A DNA stretch of 32,000 nt from Bellilinea caldifistulae. GTDB taxonomy: Bacteria > Chloroflexota > Anaerolineae > Anaerolineales > Anaerolineaceae. Both the position numbers and the translations under genes were made by a program. The stretch's first letter is position 1. Each line of letters begins with the position of its first letter. This document shows positions 7,951 through 16,210 of the stretch, in pieces. Under the pieces are notes generated by a model. That model had not been told where the DNA came from. It was given only the letters and a program-made list of their open reading frames with translations, and ran no database searches. The stretch is taken from contig NZ_LGHJ01000015.1 of the NCBI RefSeq assembly GCF_001306055.1, positions 60,001 to 92,000 of the forward strand. The letters run 5' to 3'.

Positions 7951-8280
7951 GTCACCGGGGGCGGCGCGGATCATGATCAGCAGCATTTTAGCCGGTTGGT
8001 TGGCTTTGAGGGCGTGCGGCTGGCCGGCCGGCATGAGCAGCATCTGTCCGCCGTGCAGGCGGTAGGGCTGCCCGGCGATGTGGATGTCCATTTCGCCTTC
8101 CAGCAGCTGCACCAGAGCATCATACGGGGCGGTATGCTCGCTCAGCCCCTGCCCGCCGTCAAAGGCAAACAGGGTGACCGTGCCGCTTTTCTGATTGATC
8201 AGCGTGCGGCTGACGACCGCCTGCGGTTGAACTTCGATTAATTCGGCCACATTCCAGACTTCGGTTGGGGTTTTTTCCAT
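7942..8280 (-). CDS. Cupin domain protein
   Basis: GGQGLSEHTAPYDALVQLLEGEMDIHIAGQPYRLHGGQMLLMPAGQPHAL is cupin-like. I prefer ATG 8280 (MEKTPTEV), with GGAGGA about 10 nt upstream, over the track's TTG at 8304. Confidence 0.75.
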   Translation of the reverse strand: MEKTPTEVWNVAELIEVQPQAVVSRTLINQKSGTVTLFAFDGGQGLSEHTAPYDALVQLLEGEMDIHIAGQPYRLHGGQMLLMPAGQPHALKANQPAKMLLIMIRAAPGDSQ

Positions 8281-8384
8281 AGGGGTTGTTCCTCCATCTG
8301 TCAAGGATACCGCAGAATTCCCCCGGCGGCTTTGATGTGGAACAAATTAACCCCGTGGAGTTGATCCGCCCGCCGCTGGCGGGA

Positions 8385-8431
8385 GAAAGACTCTCCCCCG
8401 CCATCGGCGGGCTGCATCCGGCGGGGGAGAG
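8385..8431 (-). terminator. Candidate intrinsic terminator of the 922-aa gene
   Basis: Perfect 12-bp stem ctctcccccgcc (8391-8402) / ggcgggggagag (8420-8431). On the minus strand it is followed by tctttct. It lies 23 nt downstream of the stop at 8454. Confidence 0.45.
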
Positions 8432-8453
8432 GGTCGGGGCAAACCGGCTGGCT

Positions 8454-11222
8454 TTATTTGCGCACCAGCGGCAGGTAGATGTAGGCCGGTCCGGAGGTAA
8501 CCTGCACGGTGCGTTCGTCCTTCTTGGATGGATCGCCCTGCGAGGTGAATATCACGTGGATGTCGTCGTCAGTGTGATTCGGCTGGGTGGCGCGCACCCA
8601 CACCCGCACATCCGCCGATTCGCCGGGCGGCAGGCTGGTGATTTTAGAGGCATCGGCCGGGTCGAGCCACAGGCTGAATTCGTTGTTCGCAAAGGAGACG
8701 GTGAAGGTGTCGCCGATATTGCCGTCGTTGCGCACGGTGAAGGTGAAGAAGGCGGTTGTGTTGAAATCAAGATTCCACTCCAACGGGTTGAAGGTTTCAA
8801 CGGTCGGCTGGTAGCGTTTCACCAGCGAGGTTGTTTCGATATCCTGTGTCACAGACTTAGCCGTATTAGTGACAGAAGACAGCTCGATTTGCCCTTCTTC
8901 CACATATTCCTCGTTGCTCTGCCCCCAATCTCCGGACTTGGCCCACAGCAGCAGGGTGCGCTCTTCATTCGGCTGGAGCGGACCGACCTGCGTGATTGGA
9001 TTGCCCTGTAAATCGGTCACCCACAGGGAAATTTTATCGAACGTCAAGGTTATGTTGAATGTTTCGGGGACGTTTCCCTTATTTTTGACGACAATCTCTC
9101 GGTAGTTGGGATCGCCGTTGTAGTAAACCGTTTGAGCTTCGGGTTCGAGCAAATCGGGCTGGTAAAAGGGCGTTGCTGCCCGCAGACCAACTTCCAGGAA
9201 AAGATTGGTAGCATCCTGTATATTGGTAGCATCCTGTATAAAGGAAAATCGGACTTTGCCGCGTTGTAAGGATTGTTCGACAGCCGGGGCGCGGTAGCGT
9301 ACCTTAAAAGTACAAAAAGTATTGTCATTTCGAGGACCGTTACATTCATTATCAATGACTTCAAAGCAATCTCGCTCATCGGCGACTTCACATTTATTGA
9401 GGTTGATATCCACCCCGGTTACGGTGACACTTCCTCCATTCAATCCGAAGAAATAGACATTAAAGAGCTTTTCAGGTTCGCTGTCGTATTCAACAACACC
9501 AAAATCGTGGAAAGAGGGCTGGATGTTGGGGTTGCCGGGCGGGTTGCCCTGATCGCGCAGATAGACCTGCTGGTAAGCGGCCGCTTCACCTTCCGAGAGC
9601 ATATCCGCGCCGGAGGAGAAAGCAACCCAGCGGCCGGTGGCGCTCAACGAGCTGAAGTTGGAGTTGAGTTCCGGCGGTTGACCGCCTGCCGTCAGAGAAG
9701 CGCGCCAGGTTTGGTCGGCCTGCCAGTTGCGTCCAAAAATATCCGGGCAGTTGTTGCTTGTCCAACCTTCCAGATTTTGAATCACACAGGCGTTGTTCAG
9801 GTCGCCTTCAACCAGCTGGTCGTCATATGAGGTGAAGGAAACAATCCGTCCGTCCTCGGAAATGGACGGGTGATAGGACGGTCCCTCTGTGGGCTTATCA
9901 TCCGGTCTCACCGAAATGAGCTGGATTGACGGATTTGATAAATTGCCCTCGTTGAGTTCGGCTTGGTACAGGTAAATCCGAGTCACTGTCCGAGGGGAGG
10001 ACAGATTGATGAGGTCGTTAGTGGATGATTGGAAGGCGACATACAGTTTGTCTTGACCGGGGTCGTAGGTCACCGCCGGGTATTCGGAGGCGCCGTTAGC
10101 CGGTAAACCGCTGGTGTTTTTCGAGATCAGGCGGATCGAGCCATTGTCGCGGTCGAGCAGGAAGATGTTGGCGCGCCGCTGGTGGAGGGGAGCGTTGGGG
10201 TTGTCGGGCGGGTAATTTTCCGCGGGAACGCTGCAATCCAGATTGGTGGCGCGGGAAACGAAGACCACGTAGCGCCCGTTTGTCCCCGGCACGAAGACGG
10301 GGTGGTAGGAATCGCCGTTGGCCGGCGCTCCGCCGCAGCCGCGGCTGAGCAGGGTATGCACAAACTCCTGAGTAAGATTTTCTCCAACGTCGGTTACCTG
10401 CCGGATGAAGATGTCCTTGACGTAATCGTTGCTGTTTTCGCCCAGATCCGCCATGGATTCAAAAACCACATACACCCCCTGGCTGGAGATGAACGTCGCA
10501 TCAGCGACCGGATGGGGGTGGGAGAGTTTGGCTTTGACAGTGCCGTTTGGTTGGGTTGAACAAACCGGCGTTGACCCGCTTAAGGCGCATTCCACATTGC
10601 CGGAATGGAAACCGGCATCGCCTTGGCCTGACGGAGTTGCGGATACCCGGAAGAGGCCATTTGTTTCCCGTTTTGTTTTATCGGTAAAAGTGAAAAAGAT
10701 ATCCGCTTCTTTTTGGCCGGGTTGATCGTAGCCCGAATATTCGGCCGAGGACTGAAACACGATGTACTTGCCATCTCTCGACACGGTGGGGAAGACAGCA
10801 TCCCCATCCAGATTTTCTGAAGAAGCATAATTTGTGATCTTGATTAAGGGATTCGACGGCGTGTCGGAAAATTGGAGAAAGATATCAAAACAGCCGCGCA
10901 GCTGATTGGTGAGTTCATTGACGCAGAAGACATCGCCGTCGTTGTCGCTACCGCCGTCAAGGTTGAGATTGCTTGCGCTGGATGCGAATACGACCGCGGC
11001 GCTTGTATCGTCCCACGATAGGCTGGTGTAGAGGGAATTACCGTCTTTCCCCAGCCCATAAGGTTTACCCACCTCGTTAGGCAAGCCGTGTGAAAGCAAA
11101 TAGGTTGTCCCCAGTTGAGTTTCTGCGTCCGCGCTGACCACCAGCGTTGGCAGCAGCAGGACGACAATCAGCGTCTGCAGCAGACGGCGCAGTCCCGCTT
11201 TGCGTGCGTTTCTTCCCATCAT
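8454..11222 (-). CDS. Large secreted protein: TolB/PD40-like beta-propeller repeats plus C-terminal CARDB/NEW3-like beta-sandwich domains
   Basis: Signal peptide ...LLQTLIVVLLLPTLVVSADA. Recurrent PD40-like blades: DGKYIVFQSSA, NGRYVVFVSRATNL, DGRIVSFTSYDDQL, TGRWVAFSSGADML. The C-terminal repeats include ...VKNKGNVPETFNITLTF... and ...VRNDGNIGDTFTVSF... I prefer ATG 11222, with GGAGG 6 nt upstream, over the GTG at 11237. Confidence 0.85.
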   Translation of the reverse strand: MMGRNARKAGLRRLLQTLIVVLLLPTLVVSADAETQLGTTYLLSHGLPNEVGKPYGLGKDGNSLYTSLSWDDTSAAVVFASSASNLNLDGGSDNDGDVFCVNELTNQLRGCFDIFLQFSDTPSNPLIKITNYASSENLDGDAVFPTVSRDGKYIVFQSSAEYSGYDQPGQKEADIFFTFTDKTKRETNGLFRVSATPSGQGDAGFHSGNVECALSGSTPVCSTQPNGTVKAKLSHPHPVADATFISSQGVYVVFESMADLGENSNDYVKDIFIRQVTDVGENLTQEFVHTLLSRGCGGAPANGDSYHPVFVPGTNGRYVVFVSRATNLDCSVPAENYPPDNPNAPLHQRRANIFLLDRDNGSIRLISKNTSGLPANGASEYPAVTYDPGQDKLYVAFQSSTNDLINLSSPRTVTRIYLYQAELNEGNLSNPSIQLISVRPDDKPTEGPSYHPSISEDGRIVSFTSYDDQLVEGDLNNACVIQNLEGWTSNNCPDIFGRNWQADQTWRASLTAGGQPPELNSNFSSLSATGRWVAFSSGADMLSEGEAAAYQQVYLRDQGNPPGNPNIQPSFHDFGVVEYDSEPEKLFNVYFFGLNGGSVTVTGVDINLNKCEVADERDCFEVIDNECNGPRNDNTFCTFKVRYRAPAVEQSLQRGKVRFSFIQDATNIQDATNLFLEVGLRAATPFYQPDLLEPEAQTVYYNGDPNYREIVVKNKGNVPETFNITLTFDKISLWVTDLQGNPITQVGPLQPNEERTLLLWAKSGDWGQSNEEYVEEGQIELSSVTNTAKSVTQDIETTSLVKRYQPTVETFNPLEWNLDFNTTAFFTFTVRNDGNIGDTFTVSFANNEFSLWLDPADASKITSLPPGESADVRVWVRATQPNHTDDDIHVIFTSQGDPSKKDERTVQVTSGPAYIYLPLVRK

Positions 11223-11365
11223 GCTCAACCTCCGCACCCCGCCGTTTCACCTCCGGCGAAATTTTACTGAAAACAATTTTCCTGCAAACTTCATTCTAAC
11301 AAATTCGCGGTTTGTTTGGGTTTTCAGTTTTGTTATGTCACTTCAACCCTGCCGATGATTTTGGA

Positions 11366-11490
11366 CGGCGGCGTGGCAATCTCCCGCAAGGCACCCACCT
11401 GCGTCTCCCCCAAAATCGTTTGCGATTTTGGGGGAGACGGGAGGGTGGAATTTCTCACCCGCCCTGTGCCAAAGTCAGGGCGGGTGTGGC
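11366..11490 (+). repeat. Intergenic repeat, locus D, with two perfect hairpins
   Basis: 17-mer at 11373-11389. A perfect 16-bp stem lies at 11403-11438 (gtctcccccaaaatcg/cgattttgggggagac). A perfect 11-bp stem lies at 11456-11486, 8 nt past the stop of the 513-aa gene; it may act as a terminator but has no U-tract. Confidence 0.8.
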
Positions 11491-11494
11491 TTCC

Positions 11495-13036
11495 TTATGA
11501 CCGGGACAGGGGGAAGGCTGGCTCCCCGCCGACGGCGCTCACCCGCAGGCCGGCCTGCGGCGTCCACACCACCCGGCGCAGTAACAGCGGGCGCGCCGCA
11601 CCGCCGCCCGAAAGCCGCGCCCATTCGCCGGTCAGCGGCTCACCCAGGCGGGCCGGCCGTCCGCTGAGAGCCGTCAGCCGTCCATCCATCCCCAGCAGCC
11701 AGGCGGGGTTGTCTTCGGGCGGCAGCGGCTCGATGATCAGGTCGCGCTCGGCGTTGACCAGCGCTCGCAGCCGCCGGCCTTGGGTATCCCCGCGGCTGAG
11801 CAGGTCAAGCAAAACCTCGCCGCACGGACGCAGTCCCTCGTCTGCAAAGGGAACCACCCCGTCCAGTTCGGCGCGCAGGTGAACGCTGCGGAGGAACTGC
11901 CCGCCGGCAGGAGCAGCGCACAGCTCAAGCACGCGCGTCCGGCGGCTTTGCCCGGCAGAGATGTAAAAATTGAGGTCGGTCAGCCCGCCGGAGGTGTCCA
12001 CCCAGGCCGAGCCGTTCCACTGGAGCATCTTGCCGCGCGGGTAGGGATCGCCGCTTTCGCGATAGAGGATGTAGTAATGGCTGGTGTTGAGCGCGCCGCT
12101 GCGCCCGATGCGCAGCCAGTAAGGCGTGTTAGCCTGCAAGAGGGGCGGCTGCTCGAAGCGGAAGCGCGCCCACATCCGCCCGCTGCTGATCAGAGCGGCC
12201 GGTAAACCGACGGAAGCCAGCCCGGCGCCGGGCACGCCGTTCTGATCGGCGCACACCGTCAGGGTGATCTCATCGCCCGGCGTGCCGCTGCGCCTCAGAT
12301 TCAGCCCGGCTTCCAGCAGGTAAAGCGGTCCATCGGCGGTTTGAAAACTTTGCGCCAGCAGGGCATCACTGGTGGCCGAGCGCCCCAGCGTTTGCGTGGT
12401 TTGGGCGGCCTCCACAAAGCCCTCCACCCCGCCACCTACCCGCAGGTAAGCCCAGTTGAGGGTGCTGAACCAGCCGCGCCCGATCAGGCGCATTGCCGGG
12501 GGCGAGGGGCGCGCCGGCAGGAACGCCTGCCCCTGCGGCAGGGCGCTGCCCTGCAAGGCGGCCCGGCAGGCAGCCAGGAGGCTTTCCGGCTGTTCCTCGT
12601 TCAGGTGCAGCAGGCGTTCCTTGCGCCCGTAACGGCTCTGGCTGAGGCGGTCCTCCACCCAGTCGCTGCGGGTGCGCCGGGCGGTGAAGGGCGGCTCATT
12701 GACCAGCGGGCTGTAGACCGCTGCCACGCGGTTGGCGAGATGGGAAAGGTCAAAGTACAGCCCGGCCGCGCCGTTGAGAATTTCCACCCGTCCGATAAAG
12801 CCGTTCCAGCAGGCTTCCCCGGCAGGCGAGTAGAGGATCAGCGGGCGGCGCAGCGCATCGGCGGCCCATTCAGCCGCATCCAGGAGCGAGCAAGCGCCAC
12901 AATCGGCGCGCAGCACGGCAACGGCGGCGCCGCCCGGTTCTTCCCACACCAGCCGTTCGACCCGGATAGGGAAAGGCGGCGGCAGGCTGGGGGTATTGTC
13001 CCGCAAAAACCACCGAATGGTGAGCGGTTCGTTCAT
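11495..13036 (-). CDS. Phage-cluster protein of unknown function (513 aa; candidate tail, nozzle or fibre component)
   Basis: Long intact ORF whose ATG overlaps the upstream stop (ATGA at 13033-13036). I recognise no motif. It is the last gene of the cluster. Confidence 0.7.
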   Translation of the reverse strand: MNEPLTIRWFLRDNTPSLPPPFPIRVERLVWEEPGGAAVAVLRADCGACSLLDAAEWAADALRRPLILYSPAGEACWNGFIGRVEILNGAAGLYFDLSHLANRVAAVYSPLVNEPPFTARRTRSDWVEDRLSQSRYGRKERLLHLNEEQPESLLAACRAALQGSALPQGQAFLPARPSPPAMRLIGRGWFSTLNWAYLRVGGGVEGFVEAAQTTQTLGRSATSDALLAQSFQTADGPLYLLEAGLNLRRSGTPGDEITLTVCADQNGVPGAGLASVGLPAALISSGRMWARFRFEQPPLLQANTPYWLRIGRSGALNTSHYYILYRESGDPYPRGKMLQWNGSAWVDTSGGLTDLNFYISAGQSRRTRVLELCAAPAGGQFLRSVHLRAELDGVVPFADEGLRPCGEVLLDLLSRGDTQGRRLRALVNAERDLIIEPLPPEDNPAWLLGMDGRLTALSGRPARLGEPLTGEWARLSGGGAARPLLLRRVVWTPQAGLRVSAVGGEPAFPLSRS

Positions 13037-14364
13037 GGCAGTTTCACCCGCGGGGCGTAGAAGGCCTGCACCTCACAGCGGCTGGTGAGCGGTGCGCCGC
13101 TTTCGGTTTCCCACAGCAGGTACAGGCGGTAATCGCTGCCGGGCAGCAAATGGAGCGGGCTGCCGGTAAGGGCGTGGGTGAAGGCGGTTTCCCCGGCGGA
13201 AGAACGACTGTACGCTATCTGCCTTTCGCCGTCCACCCAGACCTCGCTCGCCGAGGCGCCGTTGAGGGCGTGCAATTCCAGCCAGCCCTCCGTGGGCAGC
13301 AGGTGAACGAAATCCACCTCCAGCGTTTTCAAACTGGTATCGCGGCTTTCGGCGCGCAGTTCGAGTGTGAGCGCGGCCGGGGTGATCTGCGGCAGCCAGC
13401 CCGGCGGCAGGTGAAGGCCACCGGTCACTTGCAGGGAGCGCTGGGTTTGGACTGCGACATCCGGGCTTTCTTCCAGCGGATTGGCATTCCCGTCCAGCAG
13501 CCGCCAGCGCAGGTAGACCCCCTCCGGCGGCGGACTGAAGAGCCGCAGCACCGGACGGAACAGCCGCCCGGCACAAAACCCCAGCCGCTCAGCCGAAAGC
13601 GTCCAGCGCAGCAGGCTGGCCGAATCGGAGCGCGTCCATTGCACCCGGCGGTAAGCCCCGCCGCTGGCAGCACCGCTGTTCAGCACATTGCTGGCGGTAC
13701 AGTCGGGCCCGGCTGCGGCGCTCTCCCCCTCCAGCGAGTGGAGAAAAGCCTCGCCGCCCCAGGTCAGGCGACTGCCGGCGGCCAGGATGACCTGTCGAAG
13801 AGTCTCCCCCATCGGTTCGAGCAACCGCAGGCGCAGGCTGAGGGGGGCGGGCTGGCCGCCGCTCAGGTCGGCGGCGCGGATATCGGCAAAGTTCTGGTGA
13901 GCGGGGTCGCCGTCGTGGTGATTGTACACCGCCAGCCCGGTTTCGCGTTGAACGCCGTTGGCATTGGTGAGCGGCAGGGCGGCGGCCGGTTTACGCCAGT
14001 CGGCGGCCCGGCGCAGGTACAGGCGCAGGCTGTAACCGCCGCGCGCCGGTCTCTGGTTGAGCGGGTCGCTTTCCAGCCAGCCTTCGTACAAACTGGCGTA
14101 AAGCGGCTCATCTGCCGGCTCAATCCGCCGTTCCAGCACGGCAAAGGGAGTCCGGCTCACCGCCGCCAGGACTGCTTGCAAGCCTTCCAGCCACTCGCGG
14201 ATGCCCGCCCCATGCAGTCCCAGCACGGCGCACTCGATCACTTCCCCGCCGTCCTGGGATGGGTGCTGTTCCAGCCAGCGCAGGCCCTCCAACGGCGGCT
14301 GGGGGACACTCGACTGCAACACCCAGGCGGGCGAATCGGGCAGGATGATGCTGAGGGAAAACAT
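13033..14364 (-). CDS. Phage-cluster protein of unknown function (443 aa)
   Basis: Intact ORF that starts 5 nt after the upstream stop, with ggag 8 nt upstream. I recognise no motif. Confidence 0.7.
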   Translation of the reverse strand: MFSLSIILPDSPAWVLQSSVPQPPLEGLRWLEQHPSQDGGEVIECAVLGLHGAGIREWLEGLQAVLAAVSRTPFAVLERRIEPADEPLYASLYEGWLESDPLNQRPARGGYSLRLYLRRAADWRKPAAALPLTNANGVQRETGLAVYNHHDGDPAHQNFADIRAADLSGGQPAPLSLRLRLLEPMGETLRQVILAAGSRLTWGGEAFLHSLEGESAAAGPDCTASNVLNSGAASGGAYRRVQWTRSDSASLLRWTLSAERLGFCAGRLFRPVLRLFSPPPEGVYLRWRLLDGNANPLEESPDVAVQTQRSLQVTGGLHLPPGWLPQITPAALTLELRAESRDTSLKTLEVDFVHLLPTEGWLELHALNGASASEVWVDGERQIAYSRSSAGETAFTHALTGSPLHLLPGSDYRLYLLWETESGAPLTSRCEVQAFYAPRVKLP

Positions 14365-14369
14365 GGCGG

Positions 14370-14813
14370 TTACTCCATCGGCCAGCCGGGCTGTAGCGGG
14401 TCTTCGGCGGGCGGGTAGGGCGGGTTTTCGGCTGATTGCAGGCGGCGCAGGCGGTAGCGGTTCAGGCCGGCCAGCCCTTTTTGAAAGTGATCCAGCAGGA
14501 TGCGGGCGGTGGTCAGTGCGGCGGCCTGCTGCCCGGCGTGAAAATCGAAGGCGTCCAGCCGTTCGGCTGCCCGCCCCAGCAGGGCGTAGCCGAGCGCGCC
14601 GCGCAGCAGCAGGCTGGCGAGAATCGGCGGCAGGGTGGTCGGGTTGGTCTCGCCGTCCAGTCCGTTGATCAGCCAGTCCTCACCGCTGGCGGCCAGCAGG
14701 TCGTGGTAGGCCTGGCGCAGGGCGTGGGTCAGTTCGGCCTCGCTCCAGATGACCGCCGGCAGGTCGCGCAGAATCAGACGCAGTTCGGTAATCAGGCTGC
14801 TGGTGGTGTTCAT
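14370..14813 (-). CDS. Possible head-tail connector / head-completion protein (147 aa)
   Basis: From ATG 14813, which forms an ATGA overlap with the upstream stop: MNTTSSLITELRLILRDLPAVIWSEAELTHALRQAYHDL. It resembles the N-terminal pattern of gp6-type head-tail connectors. The functional call rests on position and weak resemblance only. Confidence 0.45.
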   Translation of the reverse strand: MNTTSSLITELRLILRDLPAVIWSEAELTHALRQAYHDLLAASGEDWLINGLDGETNPTTLPPILASLLLRGALGYALLGRAAERLDAFDFHAGQQAAALTTARILLDHFQKGLAGLNRYRLRRLQSAENPPYPPAEDPLQPGWPME

Positions 14814-15010
14814 GGGCGGGTCTCCGCATTCCAGTGGAATTTGCGCCCGTCGGCGGCGATGATCGTCCACCCGCCGCTGCCGTCCGAACGGTAAGCGAGG
14901 GGCGGCAGTTCCAATCCGAGGGCGCGGCAGGCCAGCTGGATGGACGGCGGGAGTTCTGCCGCGGCCGGCGACCGATCAGGCCGGGAGGGCTGCCTGGGGC
15001 GCTGATTCAT
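14810..15010 (-). CDS. Small hypothetical protein (66 aa) in the phage cluster
   Basis: Internal ATG 15010 forms an ATGA overlap with the holin-like gene's stop, and its own stop overlaps the next start. It is Pro/Arg-rich at the N-terminus and has no TM segment. Confidence 0.4.
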   Translation of the reverse strand: MNQRPRQPSRPDRSPAAAELPPSIQLACRALGLELPPLAYRSDGSGGWTIIAADGRKFHWNAETRP

Positions 15011-15216
15011 CGGCGCGGCTCCGGGCTGCGGCCGGCATCTTCGATGGCGACGCCGGTGGAGTAGACCGCCAGGGCGGCGATGACGCCCTGAACGGCCTGC
15101 CAGCCGTTCAATTCGCCGCTGCTCCAACCGGCGGCGATGGTCACCAGGGCGGCAATCAGCGCCCAGAATTTGCGGGAACGCAGCAGGCGTTCCAGTTGAG
15201 AAAGAATGGGCTGCAT
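15007..15216 (-). CDS. Holin-like small membrane protein (69 aa, 2 predicted TM, charged C-terminus)
   Basis: TM segments FWALIAALVTIAAGW and VIAALAVYSTGVAI, with tail EDAGRSPEPRR. A strong RBS aaaggagg precedes it. It lies next to the GH25 endolysin. Confidence 0.5.
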   Translation of the reverse strand: MQPILSQLERLLRSRKFWALIAALVTIAAGWSSGELNGWQAVQGVIAALAVYSTGVAIEDAGRSPEPRR

Positions 15217-15347
15217 GTTGATTTTTCCTCCTTTATATTGAAAAGAAAGGTGGTTGAAGAAAGGGATGGGTCTGGCGGGAGATCGCCGCGCTTCCTGGTG
15301 GCGGCCCGCAATGACGGAAACCGGTTGATGTCACCCCGAGCGTCAAC

Positions 15348-16208
15348 TTAACATTGTCTGCTTTTTTCAAGGTGCAAATCGGGGTGGGCCGCCCACAAAC
15401 GGCGCACCATCTCTTCCAGTGAAGGCTGGGGCGGCGGGTTGGCAGGCGCTGCCAGACCACACCAGGCTCGCAGGTCGTTCGGGCTGCCGTTGAACCAGTT
15501 CAGGTCGAGCGGCTGCCCGCCGCCCCCCGGCAGGACAAAACGATCACCGCTGAACTGCCACATGCGCCAGTCGGCAGCGCCGGCCGGTAAAGCCGGGGCA
15601 AACATCTGCGGCAGGTGCTGGCGGCGCAGGGTTTGCCAGTCCAGGCTCAATTTGCCGCGCGGGTAGGGGTATTGTGCCAGCCACAGGTCCCAGCCGGAAA
15701 GCCAGTCGAGCATCGGGGCTGCGTAGGCCTGCACAAAGGTCGTGCGGGTGTAGATCAGGGTCGGTTTGGCCGTGCGACGGGCGATGCCCTCGCTCACCAG
15801 CCGGGCACAGCGGCTGATCTGCGCCGGAGGCAGGATGCGGGTGATGTTGTGATTGGCCCACTCCTCCCAATCGAGCCAGTACTGCTCCACATCCACTGCG
15901 CAGAAGTCCAGTTGCACATCTTCGCTGGCGCGCAGGAAGTTTTCCACCTGACGGTCGGGGTCGTGAGTTGGGTCGCACCAGTGATAACCCCCGGTCAGCA
16001 GGCCGGCGCGGCGGGCGGCGTTGGCGTGCTGAATGCGCCGCCCGTCCCGCAACTGGCTGCCCTGACTGATCTTGACCACCGCAAAAGTCGCGCCCGCGCC
16101 ACTCAGCGCCCGAAAATCCACAAAGTCGTTCCAGTGGGAGACATCCACGCCGAGGGCGCGCTCGGCTGGCGGCGTAACGGGTCGGGGTACAGCCATCGGC
16201 TCGTTCAT
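15348..16208 (-). CDS. GH25 muramidase (phage-type endolysin)
   Basis: LGVDVSHWNDFVDFRALSGAGATFAVVKISQGSQLRD...GGYHW is the classic GH25 N-terminal pattern (GIDVSxWQG...FviIKatEG...GaYHy). It starts 2 nt after the capsid gene's stop. Confidence 0.85.
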   Translation of the reverse strand: MNEPMAVPRPVTPPAERALGVDVSHWNDFVDFRALSGAGATFAVVKISQGSQLRDGRRIQHANAARRAGLLTGGYHWCDPTHDPDRQVENFLRASEDVQLDFCAVDVEQYWLDWEEWANHNITRILPPAQISRCARLVSEGIARRTAKPTLIYTRTTFVQAYAAPMLDWLSGWDLWLAQYPYPRGKLSLDWQTLRRQHLPQMFAPALPAGAADWRMWQFSGDRFVLPGGGGQPLDLNWFNGSPNDLRAWCGLAAPANPPPQPSLEEMVRRLWAAHPDLHLEKSRQC

Positions 16209-16210
16209 GT

